A stretch of 37,299 bases of DNA from Trichomonas gallinae. Taxonomy: Eukaryota. Of the stretch, positions 1 to 8,438 are shown in pieces. A program made the translations under genes and the position numbers. The stretch is taken from positions 1 to 37,299 of the forward strand of contig MRSU01008099.1 of NCBI GenBank assembly GCA_008369845.1, in the 5' to 3' direction. Each line of letters opens with the position of its first letter. Positions within the stretch are counted from its first letter, which is position 1. The notes beneath the pieces were generated by a model. The model ran no database searches, was not told where the DNA came from, and saw only the letters and a program-made list of their open reading frames with translations.

Positions 1-209
1 GACAAATTTTCTTAGGTTTACACGAAAATTGAGAGAATCCCTGGTCTCACTTTTTATCCCTGGTTATTGCTCCACTGTTAGTAAAATTTTCGTTTTCGAT
101 TTTCTTCCTGGAATAAATTAGATGATGCTAAGTTATTAATTTGCATTTGCAGTGATTTCTATGAAAAAAAAGTTGAAGATTACTATAAAATAATGATCGT
201 GATATTTTA

Positions 210-2900
210 CTAGTCACTAGCAAAATACTTAGCGATGAAGCGTTGGCCGAGATCAGAGCCTTCGAATGCCTTCTCGAGGTGCTTGCCAGTGGATGTCATT
301 AAGTCATCGCCAGCGCCATCACCGAGCATTTCGGCGAGGTCAGCGAGCTTCCTGATGAGTGCCTTATCGCAAACATAGACATCTGAGAGAGATGCGATAG
401 CCTTGATGGCGAGAGCTGGAACATTCTTCTTCTGGACGACAACACCCTTCTTCCTGTAGTTGGCGAGCATCTCAACGAACTTCTGAAGCATCTGGTTGGC
501 GACAGAGAGACCTCTCTTGACGTATTCTGGGTTACCAGCGAAGAGGACATCGTTGGAGTCGACGTTCTCAACTTTAACGACGAACTCTGTTCTGAGCATA
601 TGTCCGACGATGATGATTGAGTCGAGAGCGAAGTTGAGTGGCTCCTCGTCCTTCCAGTTGATGGACATAACGCTCTTGATCAAGTTTCTGACAGCTTCGA
701 ATGGGTCGATGCCTGGTGGAGCTGGGAGAACAAGAAGTGTTGTGATGGCGTGCTGGAGCAATGTATATAGCTCTGGCGATGGCTGTGCGTCCTTGATTGA
801 CTTGACGAACTCCTCGTAGCTTGAGTATGCGAAAGATGTGACACCGCAGACCAAAGCGACATTTGTGCAGTCGAGGTAAAGTGTAGCACGGATGAGGAAG
901 TCTGAGATGCTTGGAACTGTGACGAAAGCGAAAGCGAGGAGTGAGCGTGTGACGACATCGATGTTGGAGATCTTCCTGGAGAAAGCCTCTGTAGACAATC
1001 TGAGAGCAATCCTTGAGATGGAAGCAAGGATGGAGTTAGATGTTGGGAAGGCTGTTCTCGCTGAAAGAAGGAAGTTGAGGTGAGCCTCGATGTTGTTGTT
1101 GAAGTCGACATGGTAGAGGAACCACTCGATTGTCTTGTTTGTCTGAGCAACGACATCTGGTGGAGAGAGGACAGAAAGTGACTGGAAGAGGATCTGAGAA
1201 AGTTCGAGAAGGATCCTAACGCAGAGTGGGTCGTTGAGTGGGAATGGCTTTGTGGCAACATCATGGAGGATGAAGCGGGAAACTTCGACGAGCGAGCCTT
1301 CATCAAGGAAGTCCATCAATGGGACAATAGATGAAATGTGGTTAAGAACGACGTGGAAGTTCTGACCGGCCTTGACTGTTGAGAAGATGCAGTCCATGAC
1401 AGATGATGTCAACTTCTTTGTGAGTGTTCTGACACCTTGAGCGAAGTTCTGCTTGACTTCACGGGCAGCGAAGTTCTGCTTGAGAAGGGAAACGACGTTT
1501 GTAAGGAACAAGTTGATATAGTGAGGGCTGCAGAACTTGGCGATGTACTGTGTAAGTGGAGCAGCAACGAAGATGAAGTCATCGATGCTTGGGAACTCCT
1601 TCATACGTGTCCAGATGAGGTTCATGACGTCGAGGACGCCATCGATTGATGGGGCCTTGATGAGGGACTCGATGAGCTTGTAGATCAAGTCTGGGCGTGG
1701 GATGACAGTGTCAGAGTGGTCGATGATGTGAAGGATGACCTTGAAGTTCTTGGCGACGAACTTTGGATCGAGTTCTTCGAGGAAGACGGAGAGGATGAAG
1801 GATGATGGCTCGCCGATGCTGTAGAACTCTTCGAGTGCCTGCTTGAGGAGATCGCTGTCACCGAGGTTAACCATCTGCTGGATGAAGAAGCTCAAGGCTG
1901 GCTTGTGTGTTTCGACGTACTTTTCGAAAGTATAATCTGGCAAATTTGAGTACTGGCGCTTGAATGAGCCGTTCTTGAGGTGGATGAGGTGCTTGACGTA
2001 TGAGATGAAGAGTGGGATGAAGATATCTGTTGGATAGCTTGGTTTGATTGAATATAATGTGTAAATCAAGAAAGCGCGTGTGAAGATACCAGCAGAGCCA
2101 GAGCCGAGACCGTGGATACCGTTGATGATTTGCTGAACAGAGTCATCGAACTTCTTGAATGGGTGGAATGGGATGCACTTCAAGAAGGCTGTCTGAAGCA
2201 AAAGACGTGGCAAAAGCTGAGATGTTCTTGAAAGAATCATAGACCAGTTCAAGCAGAGGACCTGTGTTGAGGCATCCTTCTCCTTCAAGAAATCACCTGA
2301 AGCTGTTGGGTGTTGGGAGATTCTGCTGTAAACCATTTTTTCGAAGGCTTCGACGAGGTCGAGAACCATGACGAATTGAGCTGGATAGAACTGTGGGGAT
2401 TTTGTATTTGAAAGGAGTTTGCATGAAGATGAGACTGTTTCAATCATTTGCCAGTGCTCTTCGTTCTGATGTAATTTTTCAAGTACTTTAGCTTGTTCAG
2501 CGATTTTTGCGCGAAGTCTTTCTTCGTTTTGTTGCATTAATGTAATTTGGGCTGCTTCATCGCTTGTAACAGCGAGCTCAGCCAAACGGTCACGAACACG
2601 GCGGCTGAAAAGCACAAGATTGTCGCTCTTTGTGAAATCTGAAGCACGAGTTTGGAAACTTGCCAGGCAAAAGTTTTTGTATTTGCTCCAGTTAGCAGCG
2701 AGGCTGTTAATACCTCCCTTGCCGGCGGTGTCGCCAATAGGATCGAAGTCTTTCTTTGTGCTGACATCGAAAGCTTCATTTACAGAAACCTGCTGGGCTA
2801 AAATATTGATTGGCGATTCCTTGAGAGTCTTGCGCTCAAAACCGCGGAGAACATCGATATCCTTGTTCTGTGGTTGCAGACTTTCGGGGTTCTCTGACAT
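210..2900 (-). CDS. VPS35L: VPS35-like subunit of the Retriever/Commander complex (C16orf62 family), 896 aa
   Basis: QFYPAQFVMVLDLVEAFEKMVYSRI and CLNWSMILSRTSQLLPRLLLQTAFLKC resemble the VPS35L motifs [24 protein letters not shown] and CLNWFFKIASIRELIPR, and FAFVTVPSI resembles its C-terminal 'ITIPS'. Size fits. Start set at ATG 2900 (MSENPES) because the track's extension to 2999 is a TTG start inside the promoter repeat array. Confidence 0.88.
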   Translation of the reverse strand: MSENPESLQPQNKDIDVLRGFERKTLKESPINILAQQVSVNEAFDVSTKKDFDPIGDTAGKGGINSLAANWSKYKNFCLASFQTRASDFTKSDNLVLFSRRVRDRLAELAVTSDEAAQITLMQQNEERLRAKIAEQAKVLEKLHQNEEHWQMIETVSSSCKLLSNTKSPQFYPAQFVMVLDLVEAFEKMVYSRISQHPTASGDFLKEKDASTQVLCLNWSMILSRTSQLLPRLLLQTAFLKCIPFHPFKKFDDSVQQIINGIHGLGSGSAGIFTRAFLIYTLYSIKPSYPTDIFIPLFISYVKHLIHLKNGSFKRQYSNLPDYTFEKYVETHKPALSFFIQQMVNLGDSDLLKQALEEFYSIGEPSSFILSVFLEELDPKFVAKNFKVILHIIDHSDTVIPRPDLIYKLIESLIKAPSIDGVLDVMNLIWTRMKEFPSIDDFIFVAAPLTQYIAKFCSPHYINLFLTNVVSLLKQNFAAREVKQNFAQGVRTLTKKLTSSVMDCIFSTVKAGQNFHVVLNHISSIVPLMDFLDEGSLVEVSRFILHDVATKPFPLNDPLCVRILLELSQILFQSLSVLSPPDVVAQTNKTIEWFLYHVDFNNNIEAHLNFLLSARTAFPTSNSILASISRIALRLSTEAFSRKISNIDVVTRSLLAFAFVTVPSISDFLIRATLYLDCTNVALVCGVTSFAYSSYEEFVKSIKDAQPSPELYTLLQHAITTLLVLPAPPGIDPFEAVRNLIKSVMSINWKDEEPLNFALDSIIIVGHMLRTEFVVKVENVDSNDVLFAGNPEYVKRGLSVANQMLQKFVEMLANYRKKGVVVQKKNVPALAIKAIASLSDVYVCDKALIRKLADLAEMLGDGAGDDLMTSTGKHLEKAFEGSDLGQRFIAKYFASD

Positions 2901-2916
2901 ATTTTTAATATTAGAA

Positions 2917-3127
2917 AAAAGTGTCAATTGGTTAAAAGTGACTTTAACAAAACTGACAAATATAATCAAAAAGTGCCAAAATAAACCAAAAATTGACAAT
3001 ATAAACTAAAAATGTCAAAATGAACCAAAAAGTGTCAAAAATACAAAAAAGTACCAAAGTAAACTGAAAAGTGACGATTTAGGACGATTAAAACTGACAT
3101 GAAAAGTGCTGTTTTTTGTAGAGTGAC
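2917..3127. promoter_or_regulatory. Bidirectional promoter containing a degenerate ~20-bp array of M2-like AAAA(G/C/T)TG(A/T/C)C motifs
   Basis: Copies start at 2917, 2934, 2949, 2969, 2989, 3008, 3028, 3047, 3067, 3090 and 3102. Exact AAAGTGAC occurs at 2935 and 3068. The array lies between the divergent ATGs at 2900 and 3151. Confidence 0.65.
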
Positions 3128-3150
3128 GATAGACTGCGACGATCAACAGA

Positions 3151-3468
3151 ATGGATCAAGTAATTACTGGCCTCAAGGAGAATAAAGTCAAGGCCCAAGC
3201 AATCATAGACAAGGCAAACGCTAACCATGCTAAAATGATATCGAGTATTCCAGATGAAACTAAGGAACGCGTTGAATCTATCAAGGTTGAAAATAGAAAA
3301 ACATTAAAAGAGCTCCAAGATAGACTCGAGAGAGAAAATAAGAACAAAGAAAAAGATATTAGGAAGGAAACAGAGAAGTCTATTAAGAAAATCCAAGAAA
3401 ATCAGGACAAGCATAGGGACCAAATTGTTGAAACATTGTACAAGAAGGTTGTAACAGTCGAACAATAA
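3151..3468 (+). CDS. V-type ATPase subunit G (divergent), 105 aa
   Basis: Charged and predicted all-helical. The N-terminal 'ITGLKENKVKAQAIIDKA' and C-terminal 'ETEKSIKKIQENQDKHRDQIVETLYKKVVTV' follow the subunit G/Vma10 pattern. Stop lies in TAAA. Confidence 0.72.
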   Translation: MDQVITGLKENKVKAQAIIDKANANHAKMISSIPDETKERVESIKVENRKTLKELQDRLERENKNKEKDIRKETEKSIKKIQENQDKHRDQIVETLYKKVVTVEQ

Positions 3469-3792
3469 ATAAACTTTCCTCACTCTAAATTAAAACTTCT
3501 ATTTTACTTAATTAATATATGAAAATTTTTTTATATGCAAATCTAGTCTAAACACATAAGAACCATCTTATATTACCAATACATGAGCATTTATCATTAA
3601 TTTTTCCAATCTTATTGATGATGAAAAAAATAAGAAAATTAAATATTGATATTTAAGCGAGAAATGTTTAGTAATTTTGATTTATTGTTGTGGAGCTGTA
3701 TATATTCATGGTCAAAATTGGAAATTACAAAATAAAAATGCATCTTTAGATTTTACATCTTCAGAATTTAAAATTTTTATAAATCAATTTTT

Positions 3793-6015
3793 ATGGCGGA
3801 GTGGAATGAGCCTCGCTTCTCTTTCTACAAGAAATCCGGCCAGCTTACGCACTACTATGGAGATAACCTATTTCCTGTGTTAGCAAGTTCATCAGATAAC
3901 CATTTTATTTTACTCACAGATACAAACGAGCTTTATACATATGGTGAATCTCACGACGGATCGTCCGATAATATTATGAACGTAAATAATGTACTTAAAA
4001 AGATAGATTTACCGGATCATTCTAAAATTCTTGATATATCTTGCGGAAATAACTTTTCAATTCTACTTCACGAATGTAATTCGATTTCTATCATGACAGA
4101 GGACTCTGTTGTTCAAGTTCCCAACCTAGAATCGCCAAGAGGACTTTCGTCAAATTTAGAACTCTTCGCTTTTGCAGCGGGATTGTCAGATATATATCTC
4201 TACGACAGCGCTAAGTCGTTCAAGAAGACAACAATACCAGGAGATAAAATCATCACAACAGCAGTAACTGATTTTGGTCTTTTCATCTTATCTATTCAAG
4301 GTAAGCTATACTACTCGTCTACAAAAGAACTAAATTTCACACAAGTTGATGTTTCGTTCACTACACAATCAATTTTCAATCTCACTTGTGGCATCATTGC
4401 AGTTTCTGTTGATAACCGTGTCTACATGGTTGAAGATAACTTGAAAGTTCGCGAAATAACTGCTCCATATGGCACTCACATCGTTGAAGCTGCATTCTTC
4501 GGATTCTTGTACTGCTTGGATGCAAGTGGCCGTGTTTTGACAGCAGATACAAAGGCAGCTCGTCCAGTTCTCCTCCTCAACAGCCAATTAAGTACTTACA
4601 ACATATCTTGCATGACTGCATCTCATCTTGCTATAATTTTATTCCACGGAGCAGACCCAACGCCACCATTTGGCATCCCACCTCCAGAGCAGGCCTTCCT
4701 CAACAGTGTCGACGCGACAATCGACGGTCACAAGCTTCTCCTCGCATGCGACTCATTCGTATTCATGTCCAACAGAAGAGTAACAATGCACGACTTCACA
4801 CGCATCATCAGAAGCGACGCCAAGATCGAATATGGAGATAACTCGCTGAGAATATACTACACTGATGAAAACAGACTCATCGGCATCGACACTGACTTAA
4901 GGACAAGCTTTTCATTCAACTTCTTGCCAGGAGACATAGTCGAGACAGAAGACGGACAGAGAAGCACTGTCGTCGGCATCTCAGATGACAGAGTTTGGGT
5001 CGAACCATTCAAGAACACGAGACTTGTCTACTGTGCCAGTGATCCAAGGAGATTAGCAATCGTTGCAAGAGAAAAACACAATGTCGAGAGACTGATTGTC
5101 GACGGTGTTGCTGCAAGTGTTGACAGGACTCCCTGCTTCTGCCAGTTCCTCAATCTCGGTGTTTCCATTGGTGACCTCCTGAAAATCCCTGAGAGAGGCT
5201 CATGCGAGTTGATTGGCTTATTGAACGGAAGACTCGTCATGAAAGATTTCGCCAATAACACACTATTTTCTATTCCTGCTTTGAGACTGGAAACACTCAG
5301 AACGTTTGTCGACAAGAACAAGAAGAGAAGGATTGTCACTAACGATGGTGTTGTCGATGTATCGGTCTACTCTAAAGGAATGATATTCCAGTGCTGCGAT
5401 AGAGTGGAGACTCCAATCGGTGTCGCTACAGTTGTCGGATATAAAGACGATAAAGTATATGTTCAGACAGACGAAATGCGCATCGCAGATATTGGCGGCT
5501 TCCCATTCTCATTCTTGGACTTGAAGTTGGTCAGAAGAACAGCGAGCGCTGCAATGAGGACATTCAAACTCAAAGACGGAGAATCGATTTTGTTGTCTGT
5601 ATCAACTGATGACAGAGTTTACAATCTCATGGCCGGCGATAGGATAATTGAGCATGACACAAGAGGAAGAATCGCTGGCGTCGCTAACAAGAAGCTTTAT
5701 ATCATCAGAGATGGAAGGAAATACGTTGAGCAAGTTGAAGATGCTGAATTATTGTATAGAGCTGATATCAATGGTGGCGAATGCTGCGAGACATATGAGG
5801 TTGGCTCTCCATCACTAGGAATGTCCACACTTATACCAGACGACGTTGTCGTATTCGAAGGCGATGATGTATCATACGCATTCAAGGGTATTGCAAGAAG
5901 TGGACCGTTATTTGTTAGAAGAGATACATTAGAAATGTTCTCTACCTCATTCTCAGCATTAATCACGCCAACAGCTTACACATTGTTAGAAAGAAGATCA
6001 ATTCCAAAAATTTAG
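3793..6015 (+). CDS. RCC1/BLIP-II-like beta-propeller protein with C-terminal repeated SH3/KOW-like modules, 740 aa
   Basis: N-terminal 'HFILLTDTNELYTYG' and 'ILDISCGNNFSILL' are RCC1-repeat-like. The C-terminal half has about five 'GD[RI]V...(G)xxxVVG...' modules. Inr-like TCAAT at 3784. Confidence 0.6.
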   Translation: MAEWNEPRFSFYKKSGQLTHYYGDNLFPVLASSSDNHFILLTDTNELYTYGESHDGSSDNIMNVNNVLKKIDLPDHSKILDISCGNNFSILLHECNSISIMTEDSVVQVPNLESPRGLSSNLELFAFAAGLSDIYLYDSAKSFKKTTIPGDKIITTAVTDFGLFILSIQGKLYYSSTKELNFTQVDVSFTTQSIFNLTCGIIAVSVDNRVYMVEDNLKVREITAPYGTHIVEAAFFGFLYCLDASGRVLTADTKAARPVLLLNSQLSTYNISCMTASHLAIILFHGADPTPPFGIPPPEQAFLNSVDATIDGHKLLLACDSFVFMSNRRVTMHDFTRIIRSDAKIEYGDNSLRIYYTDENRLIGIDTDLRTSFSFNFLPGDIVETEDGQRSTVVGISDDRVWVEPFKNTRLVYCASDPRRLAIVAREKHNVERLIVDGVAASVDRTPCFCQFLNLGVSIGDLLKIPERGSCELIGLLNGRLVMKDFANNTLFSIPALRLETLRTFVDKNKKRRIVTNDGVVDVSVYSKGMIFQCCDRVETPIGVATVVGYKDDKVYVQTDEMRIADIGGFPFSFLDLKLVRRTASAAMRTFKLKDGESILLSVSTDDRVYNLMAGDRIIEHDTRGRIAGVANKKLYIIRDGRKYVEQVEDAELLYRADINGGECCETYEVGSPSLGMSTLIPDDVVVFEGDDVSYAFKGIARSGPLFVRRDTLEMFSTSFSALITPTAYTLLERRSIPKI

Positions 6016-6492
6016 ATCAAGCATTTTAGAAAATAAATATATCCATTTTATCTTTGTTTAACCACACATTTATTTTTCAATTTTCTTCGAGAAAAAAAAA
6101 TTATCATTTTTTAAACTGATTGATGAATGGAAATTATATGAGGATATCAATAGTGCATATGATATATAGATGAGATTTTGATTACCATAAGGCTTCATCA
6201 ATATCCAAAATTTCAAACGGAGTTTCCAGTGTTGATATAATAAAAAATAGATATAAAAATTGGTTTATAAAATAGATATGGTAATAAAGAAGAGATATGA
6301 GATAGATTTCATTTTGTCATAATTTTAGAGATGGAATTTGGCCGAAATCACCGAATAAATCAGCCTGTTGGAGGTGTCTGTAGTTCGATCTGCAAATAGG
6401 GACAGAAGTTATGTGATGAAATGAAAATGAATGGAAAAACCGTCAAAAATATAATAAATAAGTGAACAGACCTGTTCAATTTAATTTATTTA

Positions 6493-7317
6493 ATGTCTGA
6501 CGAAAATAAGTCAATCTGTCGTTTCCTCAAGGAATCACCACCAGGTGAGTACGAGGATGTCGTTCAGTCCCTTAAGGGTGTTGTTGACAACCAGGAACTC
6601 GTCGAAGAAGGAATTAAAATGACAAAGGAAGAATGGTTAATTCACAACTGCTCGACAATCGAAATTGACGATCACAAGGCTATCCTTTGCGAGGAAGCCC
6701 GCAAAGGTGAAAATAAATTCGTTGATCCAGTTACCAACAAAATCTTCACCTACGATTTCTTGGAGCAGAAGATCGTTGAGCCAGAACCAGCCGAGGGTGA
6801 GGAAGCACCAGAGGCTCCAGAAGAGGTCCAGTCCTCAGAATTGAGAGAGGCAATTCAGCCACTCGCTCTTGCTTTCGCAAAATCAACAGTTCACAACGGC
6901 ACATGCGGCACATATGACAGCGATGATGGTGTCAAGATTGTCGTCCGTGCTTCCACAATCAACAAGGCTAACTTCAGAACAGGCATCATTTTGATGCACT
7001 TCACATGCTCTAATGGCACACTTAAGGGCTCAATCGAGCTCAAGGGCCACTTCTACGAAAAGGGCAACTGCATCGGCACACAGTCTGCTGAGTTCGAGGA
7101 TTCATATACTGGCGATGATGATAACGCCAAAGCTACAGATATTGTTAAGAAGCTTTCTAAGTTCTTCAACAAATGGAATACAGCTCTTACAACAGGCTTC
7201 GAGCTCCTCAACTCCGAGGGTCTCAACAAGCTCAGAAGGAGACTTCCAATCAATGCCCAGAAGATTAACTGGCAACAGGAGCTCCGCGGTCTTGGTGCTA
7301 TGCCAGGACAGAAATAA
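6493..7317 (+). CDS. CAPZA: F-actin capping protein alpha subunit, 274 aa
   Basis: Hallmark motifs 'FLKESPPGEYEDVV', 'NFRTG', 'HFYEKGN' and C-terminal 'LRRRLPINAQKINW'. Confidence 0.95.
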   Translation: MSDENKSICRFLKESPPGEYEDVVQSLKGVVDNQELVEEGIKMTKEEWLIHNCSTIEIDDHKAILCEEARKGENKFVDPVTNKIFTYDFLEQKIVEPEPAEGEEAPEAPEEVQSSELREAIQPLALAFAKSTVHNGTCGTYDSDDGVKIVVRASTINKANFRTGIILMHFTCSNGTLKGSIELKGHFYEKGNCIGTQSAEFEDSYTGDDDNAKATDIVKKLSKFFNKWNTALTTGFELLNSEGLNKLRRRLPINAQKINWQQELRGLGAMPGQK

Positions 7318-8438
7318 CTTTCTTCTCATCTCTGACAGTAAATTAAATTCATTTTTATAAATCACTGCCACTTTTTAGAATTTCGAATAATTCCATTTAT
7401 CACTTTCTCATTCGGATAATGGGAAACGTTCGAAAATTTATACTACATTATACAGCATATTCGTTTTCTGTCCATTATTTGCTTAATATTGATTTCGATC
7501 AAATTATTTCTGTTTTTTTATCTTTATGCGTTGTCATACATCAATATGAATGTGATTAGATAGTATTTCTACTTTGCATATATATCAATATTGAAATTTT
7601 ATTATCGAAATATAATTGTTTTCGATTTTACTGATCAATAGAATTGTTTATAAACACATTATATCATAGGTATGATCATTATAATAATGAATAAGCACTA
7701 TTCCCGAAAAATAAAATGAAAATTCATTGTCGCAAAATTCATTTTCGCAAAAATAAATACTACAATGTAAATTATTAGGACACTATCAGTGCTAATTAGT
7801 GATGATATGTGTTATCCACCAAAATATGATAATTGAAGATGAAATTATTGCAAACGACGAATAACTGTCTAACCCTCATTAGAACCGGTATAATCAAGTA
7901 TAGTTATAAACGTATAATGATGAAAACATCCTGAATCGCTTTAATTGACCTGAACGTGGAGATTCAAATTTTATAGTTATTTTTATGTACTGGCTTTCAA
8001 CCACAATATTGGTGAATCGTATCCCGACATAATTAGCTATATGATGTTCGAAATTAATGGAAATGGAAAATTTCGATAATTTTGTGATGATTATAGTTGA
8101 ACCTCAAGTCATTTTGTATTTATTGAAAGAGTATTAAATAAATATTCAGCGCATTTGGGATATTATCGATAAAAAAATTAATGGTCAAAATTTATTCATG
8201 AATTTTGTTAATTTTCCAAACTGCGACTTTTTTGTGATATTGTAAAAGTACAATTTTTATAAAATTATTTTACCAATGGCAAAAATCAAAAATAAAATTA
8301 ACCCGTATTATTTTTATTGTTAGCTGCTTTTGGTTTAAATAATGAATCAAAAATATAAAAATGAATTTTTATATTTTTGAAATGAAAAGTGACAAAATTG
8401 ATAGTGATCAAAAGTGACAACAATCAAATTATATATTT

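Noticed and set aside
299..1649. Ser/Thr-rich alternative-frame and antisense ORFs within VPS35L; similar ones occur in PES1, CARMIL and the EGF gene
   Set aside because: They are by-products of biased codon usage or low complexity in the real CDS and have no recognisable domains.
2901..2999. 33-aa hydrophobic N-terminal extension of VPS35L in the ORF track
   Set aside because: It uses a TTG start and translates the AT-rich promoter repeat array. ATG 2900 gives a normal start.
6380..6395. tRNA T-loop/B-box-like GTTCGATC
   Set aside because: No cloverleaf, acceptor stem or A-box could be built around it.
7917..7934. ATGAAAACATCC before CTGA as an 18S rRNA-antisense snoRNA guide
   Set aside because: It complements a generic eukaryotic SSU motif, but I cannot confirm that trichomonad rRNA carries this sequence. 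The adjacent C box overlaps the supposed guide.
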